Source: an uncultured Spirochaetota bacterium (GTDB lineage: Bacteria > Spirochaetota > Spirochaetia > SZUA-6 > Fen-1364). Taken from it: a stretch of DNA of 64,000 nucleotides. The position numbers and the translations under genes were made by a program. This document shows positions 32,666 to 43,357 of the stretch, piece by piece. Under the pieces are notes generated by a model that searched no databases, had not been told where the DNA came from, and was given only the letters and a program-made list of their open reading frames with translations. The stretch lies in assembly GCA_963781885.1 (NCBI GenBank), contig CAWAHW010000004.1, forward strand, positions 744,800 to 808,799, written 5' to 3'. Numbering within the stretch: position 1 is the stretch's first letter; each line of letters opens with the position of its first letter.

Positions 32666-33976
32666 TCATGCCCCTTTCTTTTTGATGTCCACAGTGACGT
32701 CTCTTAGCTTCAGCTGCATTTTTTTCAAGAGCCTGTCGATCGTGATCACGTTGTCTTTCACCCTGAAGTTCACGATTTCACCGTTCTCTCCAAAAACCGC
32801 TGGCAGTTCGTGGTGGATGACAGATTCGGGCAGAACGATGTATGTCTTGCTTCCATCGTCTACCACCATGGTGGGAAGCCAATCGGGAGGATTGTTCTTT
32901 GGATAACTCACCGTGTAGTCGGTAGACATGAAGGCAGGATCCAATCCGTAATTGGCGGAGGCATTCTGGATTTGATTCGTTCCTTGCCCTGATAGCGAAT
33001 CGCTTTGTTCTTTCTTGCTGTCAGGAGAGATGAAATCCAGCGGCATTCCAAAACCGGGGTACCGCCACATCACGGCCAACATGAATGTGTCTTTGAAACT
33101 CTTGATGATGAGGTGGTAGATTCGTTTGTCCGTGTTTACGATGAGTGTGGTTTCAAGCCCCTCTTCAGACGGCTTTAAGTACAGATGCTGCGTGTCCACC
33201 CCGCCCGTTTTGGAAACGCCTCCTCCGATGCTCCACCTCGTCGTATCACCGCAGAAAGGCCCTTCTATGACTTTCTCACCCGGCTGGAGGTACAGATCTG
33301 TTACGCGCAGGGGCATCGTGAATATCTGGTAGACCAAGGTGTCATCGTAGTCATAGAAAATCATCGCACCGTTGTAGTCCTTGGGTTTCATGACCCCTTG
33401 CGATACTGCGTTCGCGACAACCTCCCCCGGCTTTGGCGGTGCACTTTGAGTGATTTCGGGAAGGTAGATAGGCTTTTCGATGTAGATCCTCTTCTCTATT
33501 ACCACAGGGGGAGCTCCCGCGGACCCTTCAGCGGATGCAGAGGATTGAGGCGTGGAGGTTTGTGGATTCTGCTGGCTACTACCCGCAACGACTCCTGATG
33601 GAGTTTGCGATGCTGCTTGGTTTGGTTGTGTCCCATCCGTTGCAGGCGGGGTGGTTACGACGGCCTTTGAGGCGTGCTCGTCAGAAGTCCCTGTTGGTGC
33701 AGCGTTGGTTTTCGGTTGCACCGTGGCGTTTGCCACACTTGCATCAGTCCCTGAGCTCTGATCGGAAGTTGCATCTTGTCCCAAGGCTTCTTTGCTGTTC
33801 GGCTGGCTCGTCGGCTCAAACCCTCCTGCCTGCGACGCGCTGTCACCGCCTACGTTTCCCGCTTCAACGGCAACCAATTCTGGGCGCCTTTCCAGGTCTT
33901 TTGTCGTTGTGCATCCCGAAAGGGCAAGCGCGATGGTCAGGGCGAATACAAATGTTCGGATGTTTTTCATGATCAT
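32666..33976 (-). CDS. trbG: TrbG/VirB9 with lipoprotein signal and low-complexity linker
   Basis: LSGC lipobox; LYLQPGE; GDTTRW; HLYLKP; TTLIVNTDKRIY; VDDGSKTYI. Confidence 0.88.
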   Translation of the reverse strand: MIMKNIRTFVFALTIALALSGCTTTKDLERRPELVAVEAGNVGGDSASQAGGFEPTSQPNSKEALGQDATSDQSSGTDASVANATVQPKTNAAPTGTSDEHASKAVVTTPPATDGTQPNQAASQTPSGVVAGSSQQNPQTSTPQSSASAEGSAGAPPVVIEKRIYIEKPIYLPEITQSAPPKPGEVVANAVSQGVMKPKDYNGAMIFYDYDDTLVYQIFTMPLRVTDLYLQPGEKVIEGPFCGDTTRWSIGGGVSKTGGVDTQHLYLKPSEEGLETTLIVNTDKRIYHLIIKSFKDTFMLAVMWRYPGFGMPLDFISPDSKKEQSDSLSGQGTNQIQNASANYGLDPAFMSTDYTVSYPKNNPPDWLPTMVVDDGSKTYIVLPESVIHHELPAVFGENGEIVNFRVKDNVITIDRLLKKMQLKLRDVTVDIKKKGA

Positions 33977-34680
33977 TTCCCCTGCTCTATGTCCTGGATC
34001 TGAAAGGAATCGATAAAGATCCCAAGCGGATTTAGCTTGATCTGCTGTGCATCCGGTTGGCCCTGCAGCACTGTGTAGATCCCGCGCTTCCTGATGGCAC
34101 TCACTTCCTCGCCACTCGCGCTGGTCACACTCTCCACCCAGTCCGCCTGCCAGCTTTTTGCAGTCACCCGAATGAGGGTCTCAAGTTGGATCTCGCGTCG
34201 GCCACCACCGATCTTGGTAAACGCATCCTCTGCCTTGAGTAGCGCTGTGAGCACCCCTGAGCCCGTCTGGGTCACCATCGCGTAGGCTTCGCTGAGGTTC
34301 TTCAGCGTCATGTCCCGATCGGGCGATATCTGACGCGTGTACTGGATGAACTTGGTGAGGTAGTAACGCCAAGAGGCGTCGGTTATCGTCACCCCGCCCG
34401 CTTCGGCTTGCCCAATGTTTCCCATGTACTTCGATTCTCCCCAGGGCTGAACCTCGATTACGTAGGGAACGGTCTTTTGGAGGCTTGCGATGTACAGCCA
34501 TCCACCGATGGAAAGTACCAAGAACGCCAGAAGCGCCATCGATACCGTTCTCCAAGCCTTCTCACGCTTCCTGGACTCCCCGATGAACTCGTCAAACTCC
34601 TTCAGATTGCTGTTGAAGGGAGTGTCGTTCGTTCCCTCGTTGGGATAGGAGAGCCCACTCTTGTATTTCAGCTTCCCCAT
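33973..34680 (-). CDS. trbF: TrbF/VirB8
   Basis: AWRTVS + TM; VPYVIEV; SWQADWVE; NPLGIFI. Confidence 0.88.
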   Translation of the reverse strand: MGKLKYKSGLSYPNEGTNDTPFNSNLKEFDEFIGESRKREKAWRTVSMALLAFLVLSIGGWLYIASLQKTVPYVIEVQPWGESKYMGNIGQAEAGGVTITDASWRYYLTKFIQYTRQISPDRDMTLKNLSEAYAMVTQTGSGVLTALLKAEDAFTKIGGGRREIQLETLIRVTAKSWQADWVESVTSASGEEVSAIRKRGIYTVLQGQPDAQQIKLNPLGIFIDSFQIQDIEQGK

Positions 34681-34760
34681 TCTCTTTTCCTCATATTTTT
34701 ATGTCCTTTTGCTTTATATTCATTGATCCATCATTTCGGCCCTCCCTTCATTTGATACCC

Positions 34761-36329
34761 CTACTCGTCCTTCTGGCTTTCCCTTCGCAGGCCCTTCGCC
34801 GAACGCGCCTTGGCGTAGGAAACGAGTCCTGGAGTTTTACTTAACTGATGCGCCTGGGAGTGAGGGTTGCTCTGCCAGGCCGGTGGCCTGTGTTTCCCTC
34901 TGCCCAGCCCTCCTCCCGCTCCTCCTCCACCCCCTTGTGACGGAGAGCCCAGTGAATGTGACAAGGTGTGTCCTGCACTCCGCAACCCCGATCCCACAGA
35001 TCCTGCCAAGCTCTTCACGAAGGCCTGCCGCCCCGCTTGAGCCGCCCCTTTACGATCCTTAGGGGAATACCCGTTCTCTCCAGGAGTAAGCCCGCTCAAT
35101 GTTGCATCCCGGGCACCCGATGCGGCTCCTCTTGCCTCCGACATCGCACCCACTCCCCTGGAAAGCCCTTGGTATGCACCACGCATTGCACCCCCTGAGA
35201 GGTACTTGGCAGCCCCCGCCAACACACCCGCTGTCTGAATGCCCTGCGTTACCGTGCGTACGGTGTTGAGAACCGTGTCTCCTGTCAGTGAGGGAGAACC
35301 TGAAAGAATCCCCGTGGCGATTGCAGGAACAGAGGATGCAAGAATCGCATACAGAAGCATCGTAAAGACGTACTTCACGATCTGGTCTAGACTTCCTGTA
35401 AACTCCGTCGTTGCAAGGCTGACAAATGCACCAGAAAAGACGCCTATGATAACGATGATGAGAATTATCTTGATGAGGTGACCGAAGATTGCCCCTATGA
35501 ACTTCTCCGTTATGAATCGCGTCTTGTCAAAGAGAGCAAAGGGCACCAATAGTATTCCCACCCCGACAATTATCTGGTACTCAACCATGGCCATGATGTA
35601 TTGAAGTACCACGATGCCCGCGCAAATCATCATCGCAAGCAAGGCGACTATGCAAAGGAGCATCTGGCCAGCGTTTGTGAGTAGATTTCCCTTGAATGAT
35701 GCAGCATACAAAGGCGTCGCTATGATCATGGTATACTTCATGATGCCATCGGGCCTGATGAACTCGGCCTGAATGTTCTTGCCATTGGCACCCTTGAAGG
35801 TGAAAGTTCCCGTAAACGATATGTTGGCCTTTGCGTTGGCAGCCAGCGTTTGGTAGTTGTCGGGCACCCTCGCGCTCTTGTCGCCCTTGGCTACCTTTTC
35901 ATAGTAAGCCTTCATGAGTGTGTCGGCCTGATTCTGCATCGTGGTTTGCGCATCCTGGAGCGCCGACCTCACCGGAACCAACCCTACGTTTTGCGCGAAC
36001 TTCATAAGATTGGTCATGATGCTTGGATACCAAATCATCATCACCGTGATGATGAAAATGGTCAGAAGCCTCTTGTTAAGCTCCTTCTGGACTTCCCCGC
36101 CATTCAGGGCCCACATGATCGCCATCAAACCCAGATCTATCATCAAGAGGATCCGACCTATGCTGTAGGCGGTGGCGGTGTAGGCCGCATAGAGATTCCC
36201 AAACCTACCCAGCAGATCGAAAAATGGCCCGTCGATCCACCCCTGCGTCGTTATGTCATCAGCAAAAGAAAGTGAGCCTGCAAGGAGCAACGCCAGCGTC
36301 GCAATGATGATCCTCTGCCTCTTGCTCAT
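34761..36329 (-). CDS. trbL: TrbL/VirB6
   Basis: Polytopic membrane protein; VEYQII...ILLVPFALFDKTRF; PAIATGILSGSPSL; Gly/Ala-rich tail. Confidence 0.88.
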   Translation of the reverse strand: MSKRQRIIIATLALLLAGSLSFADDITTQGWIDGPFFDLLGRFGNLYAAYTATAYSIGRILLMIDLGLMAIMWALNGGEVQKELNKRLLTIFIITVMMIWYPSIMTNLMKFAQNVGLVPVRSALQDAQTTMQNQADTLMKAYYEKVAKGDKSARVPDNYQTLAANAKANISFTGTFTFKGANGKNIQAEFIRPDGIMKYTMIIATPLYAASFKGNLLTNAGQMLLCIVALLAMMICAGIVVLQYIMAMVEYQIIVGVGILLVPFALFDKTRFITEKFIGAIFGHLIKIILIIVIIGVFSGAFVSLATTEFTGSLDQIVKYVFTMLLYAILASSVPAIATGILSGSPSLTGDTVLNTVRTVTQGIQTAGVLAGAAKYLSGGAMRGAYQGLSRGVGAMSEARGAASGARDATLSGLTPGENGYSPKDRKGAAQAGRQAFVKSLAGSVGSGLRSAGHTLSHSLGSPSQGGGGGAGGGLGRGKHRPPAWQSNPHSQAHQLSKTPGLVSYAKARSAKGLRRESQKDE

Positions 36330-36339
36330 ATCCGGCCCC

Positions 36340-37147
36340 TCACTTGGAGTTGAAGAAATCCAAGCTCAGCGGGTTTCCAATCTCCTCACCCACGATTGCC
36401 TCATCCTGAGCTGAGCGTGATAGGGGCACTCCATTTCTCTGGAGGTCCGCCGTGAACCCTGCTACGTTGGTCGCCAGATTGCCCATTTGCAACTTCAAGT
36501 CCAGAAGCTCCTGAGCAATTTCGCCTTGGAGAAGCGCCGAAGTTTGAAGTCCCGCCACCACCGACTGCTCCCCTTGTGCCTGCTGCAGAAGATTGCTGAT
36601 TCGTTGTTGCTCCTCCTTCGCGTTCTTCTCGTTATCCGCGGCAATGTGCCGCTGACTTTCTTGCAGCGCTTGTGGTCATGTCTTTCAACTGGTTGGCCAC
36701 TGTCACCAGGTCGGGAGACATGCCCAATAGATCGTATGCAGCAAGCTCATCGGAAGTGCCGCCTTTACCATTTGCGATATCACCAATCTTCTTTTGGTAG
36801 GCGTCCCAATATCCCAGCACATCGCTCAAGGCAAGATTTTGACCGTTCACATTAATTTGCAGGGCCTTGATCCTGCTCTCGGTCGTCAATACATAACTCG
36901 CCTGGCCGCTCAGAAAGCTCATGAAATCGTTGTAGCTGTTCAACTTCAGCGACTTTAGGGACTGGACCTGGTTCTGTAGGCTCTGATAGACGTAGGAGAC
37001 TTCCTTCAGTTCATTCTGGATCTGCTGGATCATCTTTGCCGTCTGCGCAACCTCTTCCGCATAAATGAGTGGCGAGAATGCGTCCTGCGCATTCGCATGA
37101 ATCACAAATGCTGCAAGGAGCAATAGCAATGCTGCTTTTCGTTTCAT
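36340..37147 (-). CDS. trbJ: TrbJ/VirB5-like (frameshift near 36640)
   Basis: Signal peptide; QIQNELK..QNQVQSLKSL coiled coil; between trbE and trbL. Confidence 0.7.
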
Positions 37148-39612
37148 ACTGCGTCCTCCGTGCTAAGGTCTTCGCTGAAAAGCCTGTTGGCCTTCTCCAA
37201 CAAGCTCTCCCCATCGCGCGCTGTTTTGTGTTCGAGAATCTCGTACAGGATGTCGGCCGCGTCCTTCTGTGAAACCTCATCCAGAAATGCATGATCCTGA
37301 CCCGTGATAAGGCCAAGCTGGATCGGACCCAGCTCGAGCCTGAACAGTCTTGTTCCCAGCGAAGATTTGTAGAAGTAATCCCGTTTCTTCTGGCTCCTGG
37401 CGATCAGGTCGATTTCAGGATCACTTAGGCCGAAGCTTCGATACATCTCCCGCGATCCCGGCGCCTGCGCCTCCTCGTCGGGCAGGTAGATCTTTGTATG
37501 GCACTGTTGGAGGATGGTTGAGGCGATATCGCTTTTCGCGGCATCCGCGATCTCCTGTGTCGCATAGACGCAGGCAACGTTCTTCTTTCGAAGCGTCTTC
37601 AGCCAGTTCTGTTGCTGGCGCTTGAAAGTCTCATGCCGTAGGAAAAGCCACGCCTCATCAAGCACGAGCATCGTCGGGCGTCCATCAAAAAGATCCTCAA
37701 GCTCGTGAAACATGTACGAGAGGGCTGGCATCACCGCCTTGTCCCCCAACTGCATCAAGGGGCCCATCTCGATCATGATCCAGAAGTCATCCTTCAGAGA
37801 GCTTTCACTGGCATCAAAGATCGTTCCATAGGGACCATCTACGGTGTAGGGTTGAATCCCAGTCTTTATCTCATCGTTCTGTACGTATTGATGGAAGGTC
37901 GAGAGCGTACGCCGCGACACATCAACGGTCTTCATTATCTTGAGGGCCTCGATTATCAAAGCGGTCTTCTCGGCGTTCATGGGAACATTTTGCAGCGACA
38001 GCAAAAGATCTATGAACTCCGCAGCCCAAATCACGTCCTCTTCCCTTTCAAGCTTTCGAAGCGGCTGGAAGAGGACAGCTTCGGTCACAGGTTCATAGTA
38101 GGATCCCCCTACCACGTAGGTGAGCTGTCGAGAAGAGCGGTCCTTGTCAAAAAGAATCACCCTCGAATGTGGATACTTCAGCCACTGCACCATGAGCAGC
38201 CCCAGCAGCGTGGACTTTCCAGCACCCGTGGGACCAGCAATAAAGGTGTGTCCCACATCCCCCACATGCAGGTTCAGGAAGAAGGGCGTAGAGAAGTTCG
38301 TGCTGCACGTGAGAAGAGGAACGCCAACGCCGCAGACCTCATCCAGAAAGGAATTGCTTTTCATCCCCGTCCACACGGCTGTGATTGGCACCACATGCGC
38401 CATATTGCCCGTCGATACCAGCGGCCGCCTGATGTTGGCATACACGTGCCCCGGCATCATTCCCTGCCAGGCTCTGAATGAGTTAAGAGTCTCGGTAATG
38501 CAGGTAAATCCGTTCGCCTGGATGAGTTTTCTCGCAAAGCCCGCCTTCTCTTGCGCGGCTTTGTGGTCCTTGTCCCAGACCTGCAAGCATGAGGTGTAGT
38601 ACCCGTAGCCAACCACATCGTTGACGCATTCAACCTGGGCCTCATTCGCATCCTGCTCCATGGAAAGCGCTCCCTGGTTCACTCGTGCATCGGTGACCTC
38701 TTTCGTCATGGCTTCCCCAGCGAACTGTTTCCAATTCTTTCGAGATCCGTAGTATTTCTTCTGATAGCTCTCGATGGCCTTAAGCGCATCGGCTTTGTCA
38801 AGGCAGATGAACCTGCTCACCCATCGGTACTCGATGTCCGCCCTGTTTAGCGCATCAAGGATGCCCGGATACGTTTCCATCGGGAAATCGTTAATCGTTA
38901 TGATAGGGCAGAAGTACTCACCCACTCGCAGTTCTGTGCCAGTGTGGACCTCGGTGTCCACCAGAAACCGATCCAGGAACGCCATGCGGCTGGGCGGCCG
39001 CACCCTGTGCCAGTCCATGGAGAGTGAGGTATGCAGGTACGACAGGGTCTCCTCATTGTCCAGGGGCTGGATTTCCATCTTGGCCGAAAGGATTCCCGCC
39101 ACATCATCGCAGACGGAAGTGAACTTGCGTACATCCTCGATTATGCTCTGCTCATCCCCTTTGCCTTCCTTGTAAAAGACCCCCGTTGCTTTGCGCACCG
39201 CATCCGCGGGTGACTCCCAGACGAAGGTGAGGTAGTAGGACTTCGCATGGTGCTTGCCGTAGGCGGTATAGGTCGCCTTCCTCTCGGCATCAACGAGAAA
39301 CGCAGCGCGGTTGGTGAACTTCGCCCCGGGGTACTCCGCAGTCATGTAGCTCTGTATCTCGGTGTAGACAGCCCAACCCGATCCGAATCGTTTCAGAGCG
39401 TCGTTGAGTTGAATCGATATGGATGCAACGGAAGCCGATGAGGCGGCATCGAGATCGGGCCCTCGAAAAGCATAGCTCTTTTGCATGCACCCGCCCTTTT
39501 GAATCACCACACCGTAGGCCCCCTCACAGTCGGCCATAAACGCCCAGGGCACATATTTGGAAAGCCTTGTAGTTGGCTCTTTATGGATCTTCTTAGCGAA
39601 TCCTAGAAACAC
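37144..39612 (-). CDS. trbE: TrbE/VirB4 ATPase
   Basis: FRGPDLD; DVGHTFIAGPTGAGKS; LFDKDRS; LVLDEAW; WLKTLRKKN; YATQ. Confidence 0.93.
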   Translation of the reverse strand: MFLGFAKKIHKEPTTRLSKYVPWAFMADCEGAYGVVIQKGGCMQKSYAFRGPDLDAASSASVASISIQLNDALKRFGSGWAVYTEIQSYMTAEYPGAKFTNRAAFLVDAERKATYTAYGKHHAKSYYLTFVWESPADAVRKATGVFYKEGKGDEQSIIEDVRKFTSVCDDVAGILSAKMEIQPLDNEETLSYLHTSLSMDWHRVRPPSRMAFLDRFLVDTEVHTGTELRVGEYFCPIITINDFPMETYPGILDALNRADIEYRWVSRFICLDKADALKAIESYQKKYYGSRKNWKQFAGEAMTKEVTDARVNQGALSMEQDANEAQVECVNDVVGYGYYTSCLQVWDKDHKAAQEKAGFARKLIQANGFTCITETLNSFRAWQGMMPGHVYANIRRPLVSTGNMAHVVPITAVWTGMKSNSFLDEVCGVGVPLLTCSTNFSTPFFLNLHVGDVGHTFIAGPTGAGKSTLLGLLMVQWLKYPHSRVILFDKDRSSRQLTYVVGGSYYEPVTEAVLFQPLRKLEREEDVIWAAEFIDLLLSLQNVPMNAEKTALIIEALKIMKTVDVSRRTLSTFHQYVQNDEIKTGIQPYTVDGPYGTIFDASESSLKDDFWIMIEMGPLMQLGDKAVMPALSYMFHELEDLFDGRPTMLVLDEAWLFLRHETFKRQQQNWLKTLRKKNVACVYATQEIADAAKSDIASTILQQCHTKIYLPDEEAQAPGSREMYRSFGLSDPEIDLIARSQKKRDYFYKSSLGTRLFRLELGPIQLGLITGQDHAFLDEVSQKDAADILYEILEHKTARDGESLLEKANRLFSEDLSTEDAV

Positions 39613-39686
39613 ATCTCACCGCCTCACCTTCCTCACCCTGCCCTCAACCACGACAACTTTCACTTCGCCCACGGTCAATCCGGCAT

Positions 39687-41331
39687 TCACGGCCCACCCC
39701 CCATTTTATCCGCTACTCCGCTACCCGATCCCTCATCTTTGCGAATTCGCTGTAAAAACCCCATGTTTTGCGCTTTGCCATCGGTAGCGGTTGGGTAGCG
39801 GTAGCGGCAATTATCCGCTACCTCCTCTCCATTCGGGCCCTTGAGTGGCGGCAAATACCGCATCCACGCATCGCTGAAGCTCTCACGTTTGTACCCCTTG
39901 GCAACCGTATCCTTGCCAGCTCTCGCCATCCCGGCCGATCTTCAGGTTTGCACTCACGATGCCAAAGGCCTTAAGCATGCGGCCCAGGCCCCGCGGATTG
40001 ATTCGTTCTCCGCGGTAGAAGGTGGACCAGGGCGACTCCTCCAACTCGCAAAGCCTGTCGATGAGTACGCTCGTCGCAATGGCCTTGCAATCCGTTCCTT
40101 CCGCGCCAAATACGGCCCGAATGTCCTTGAGTAGCTCGAAGCGCACGTCCTGCTCCTCATCCCTTCCTGCCCCCGAGAGCTCCAACGCCGATGCACGCGC
40201 TCGTAACGGCCACTCTCCTCCCGCCATGTCGGCGATCGCCAACAGGGCAGCCCAGTTGTCCGATGCCCTGTCGTTAAGGCCTGAGGGTATTAAGGGCCGC
40301 GCTTTCCCCACCGCTCTCCCGTGATCCCCAGCCCACCGAAGGAGCTTTCGACGGATCTCCTTGAACTCCCCCTGATCGTCCAGGACGGAAAAGCGACGAA
40401 TCTTTTCGTTTTCAAGCTTCCTGCGTAGCTCTACGACTATGGAGCGGTCTTCCATCGTGTCAGGGATATGTCCGATACCCGCAAGCACCTTCGCCCCGAA
40501 TGCTTCAAAAGACACCACTTCCCTGTCCTCCCCGACGCAGCGAAGCACGCGGCTTGATGTGCGGTCATTCCCCGCGTTAAGGAGCCCTCGAAGGGCTTCC
40601 GCGGTATCGGTTTTTTGAGTGAGAGTGGCATCCACTTCATCCAGGAGCAGTGTGGGCTGTAAGGAATCAACGATCCGATAAAGCGCCGCCGATGAAATGC
40701 TTGAAACGCTCAAGGCGCGAAAACTCATCCGGAGGAGCAACCCCAGCAGCGTCGTTTTGCCGCTTCGCTTCACCGCACTTTTCAATAGAAGCATCGGGCA
40801 TAGCTGCAAATCGCTTACTGTGTAGGTGAGCATCGTGTACAAGGCCACAGCCAGCACGCCCCCCGAATCAAGGACTACATGCTCGCGAAGTTTTTCCAAT
40901 ATCGTGCAGAGGATCTCTGCCGTTCCCACCGGCTGCGGCCATGGATCTTCCAGGGGCAGTTCCACCTTCTTCCCCCCGCCGGGCCTTGTCTCGTTAAGCG
41001 ATTGGTGTAGCTGTCTCCACCATTTGCGTAGGAGCCCCGCGCTCACTCCATGCCGCTTGGCGATCTCTTTCAAACGGAGCTCGAACTCATTCTCCTTAAG
41101 GTCCTCAATCTCAGCGATGATCCTTTGAAACTTCTCATTTGCCGCGGCCGCCTCTGCACCACCGCAAGCTTCTTGGAGCTCAAGGCTACGCCGTATTTCG
41201 ATTTTTACGGCTGCGAACTCTTCATTTGTGAGCTCGCTGATCGGACGGTTAAGCAATCCTTGTCCGTTGCTGCCTCCCGAAGCCGCCTTTCCAGCCCCGC
41301 TATCCAGGTCTTTGTTATCGGCCGGCGCCAT
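39687..41331 (-). CDS. DUF3631-domain replication protein (satellite/prophage-type), frameshift near 39930
   Basis: PWPQPV; SAVKRSGKTT; PTLLLDEVD; LNDRASDNW.ALLAIAD.AGGEW; tail AKGYKRESFSDAWMRYL. Confidence 0.8.
39710..39823 (-). repeat. CCGCTAC/GTAGCGG iteron array 1 (6 copies)
   Basis: Copies at 39710, 39718, 39784, 39795, 39801, 39815. Confidence 0.8.
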
Positions 41332-41512
41332 TTCCAGCCCTCCCTGATCCGGGTTGGGAAGCCAATGTGCACTCTTCGACACTCTTGAAGACCTTCGCGA
41401 TCTGCCCGTCGTGCAACTGCACTCCGATTGAAAGACGGCCGAAAGGCGTGCGGGGTATCTCTGCCTTCAACCACTCGATTGCCGCTGAAAGCCCATCGTC
41501 GGCGCCACTCAT
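41315..41512 (-). CDS. small DUF2292/YezD-like protein
   Basis: PFGRLSIGVQLHDGQIAKV motif; overlaps neighbours. Confidence 0.55.
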   Translation of the reverse strand: MSGADDGLSAAIEWLKAEIPRTPFGRLSIGVQLHDGQIAKVFKSVEECTLASQPGSGRAGNGAGR

Positions 41513-41700
41513 TTTTCACTCCCCAGGGGTGCGACCGCCATGCTGTTAACCCAGGTATGTATTTCATCGGGATCGAATCGAACGTGTCGTGAGATTTTGA
41601 AAAAGGGAATCGTTCGAGTCGCTACGGCGTGGTCGACAGAGGAGATCGAACGCCCTAAAAATCGAGCAACATCTTTCTTTGTCCAAAGCTCCCGATCCAT
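41509..41700 (-). CDS. Xis/AlpA-like HTH protein
   Basis: LWTKKDVARFLGRS...IPFFKISRHVRFDPDEIHTWV; RBS GGAGG. Confidence 0.8.
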   Translation of the reverse strand: MDRELWTKKDVARFLGRSISSVDHAVATRTIPFFKISRHVRFDPDEIHTWVNSMAVAPLGSEK

Positions 41701-41791
41701 ACCCTTTCCTCCTGCCCAAGCTTTTTGATGCTTTCAGGGGAGAGCGTATCGAACAGAAGCCAGCAAAAACCTCTACCGGTCTAGTAGCGGT

Positions 41792-42577
41792 CTAGCTATT
41801 TCCTTGAATTTTTTCAATTATTTCATCAATCGACTCGTGATTCTTTGGCTTACCCGCTTCATCCCCAGGGGCCTTATTGTTGTGGTATTGATAGGCCCAT
41901 GCGCCAAGATCCTTTCGGGTGATCGGCCTACCCTTTCTGTCCCTGAAAACCCCATCAAGTGCCGCCCACAATTCCCCGTCATCATCAACTGCTTCTTTAT
42001 CGCACAAAGCCTCGAATAAGTAGGGAAGCAAGCGATTGGTCCAATTCCACTGCACTCCCAATCGCTCTGCGGAACGCGGCTTTCCAGACATGTTGCTCTT
42101 TTGCGATGTTGCTTCGGCGACAAGCGGAATGAACCCGGTTTCACGCAATCTCTCAAGTTTCTTGCGCTCTCGAGACAGAGCTCTCAGGTAGAAGCGTTGA
42201 AAATCAGCATGCCAGACCACATCGTGCCGGCCATCGGCGGAGAGTTTGACCTCTATGGGGAGGACATCCTTATCACTCCCGCGATTCTGGGGGGCCAATC
42301 TTTCCAATTGCTCATTGGCCAACTTGACACGAAGCTTGAGGGCCAACCAGGTCAAACGACTCTCAACGTCCCTAATGTCGAGATCTTCTTCGAGGTGCTT
42401 TGCCGCAAAACCATAATCGATCCACGATCCGCGCTCCTGAAGCCAGTATTGCAGCCGTTTTTCCACAATGTCCAAGTACGCCCGGGCCGCCTCATAGTTC
42501 CCGAGTGTCACCTTCCAGTATTCAGCTATCTTTTGGAAGTTGAAGTCGAAATGTGGATAGCGATCTTCGTTACTCAT
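41792..42577 (-). CDS. hypothetical protein
   Basis: 261-aa ORF, RBS GGAGG, co-oriented with the xis-like gene. Confidence 0.6.
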   Translation of the reverse strand: MSNEDRYPHFDFNFQKIAEYWKVTLGNYEAARAYLDIVEKRLQYWLQERGSWIDYGFAAKHLEEDLDIRDVESRLTWLALKLRVKLANEQLERLAPQNRGSDKDVLPIEVKLSADGRHDVVWHADFQRFYLRALSRERKKLERLRETGFIPLVAEATSQKSNMSGKPRSAERLGVQWNWTNRLLPYLFEALCDKEAVDDDGELWAALDGVFRDRKGRPITRKDLGAWAYQYHNNKAPGDEAGKPKNHESIDEIIEKIQGNS

Positions 42578-43267
42578 TCCCGTTCCCCTCCCTTAAGCCC
42601 GCACAAAAGCGATAAGGCTTGAAAGGTAAACATTCTTTCAGAAACGTCAGGCGGACGTTATATCCTATGGTTTCCTGCCTTAATCAGGACGAAACGCTAT
42701 GTCTTGCACTTGTCCTTTCTTCTGGGCGTTCTATTGCTTTTGTATCCGAAAACGCTTCGAATGCATGGCGAATCTTAGAGAAACCGATCCCTCCGACAAT
42801 TGGGTGAGAATCTGTTCACGGTTGTGTGTGAAGGACTCGCCTTTTTCGGACCTGAACTGGATTTTTCTTCGGTCTTGATGACGAGGCGCTTCAGAATTCT
42901 TGAAGCATCAACATTTGCATACATCATTTATCTTCCCGCTTTGATACCGAGTCCAAGATTCGAAGCGAATTGCTATGCAATCCGTGACGTACGATCACAA
43001 ATCAAGACAACTTGGTCGTGAAGATATGTCACGATAATACAATATTCGGCAATAGCGCAGAATACTTGCCTTAAAAAGAAGCTTGCTTTTGAGCTGCAAA
43101 CTTTGCTTTTGCTGCCTGCTGCAACTCTTTGATAACCATCATAGACCGTTGCAGGTCTATGCAAACCATCGATGGATCCGACGGATCGTGCATAGAGGGG
43201 AAAATTGAACTCTTCTGAGCATGCGCCGAACATTGACAGTCGTTCCTTTTGTCACAGGTTGGGGCGC

Positions 43268-43357
43268 AGGTAGCGGTTCTATTCCGCTACCGCTACCTTG
43301 CCGCTACCGGGAAATGCCTTGTTTTCCAGTCTATTTCGCTTAAGTAGCGGGTAGCGG
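43268..43357 (+). repeat. CCGCTAC/GTAGCGG iteron array 2 (6 copies), inverted relative to array 1
   Basis: Copies at 43270, 43284, 43290, 43301, 43344, 43351. Confidence 0.8.

Noticed and set aside
21753-39612. Numerous + strand ORFs opposite the helicase and trb genes
   Set aside because: Shadow ORFs of well-supported - strand genes, with no motifs
42600-43260. Short ORFs in the AT-richer segment
   Set aside because: No recognisable motif; possibly a broken gene, cannot be supported
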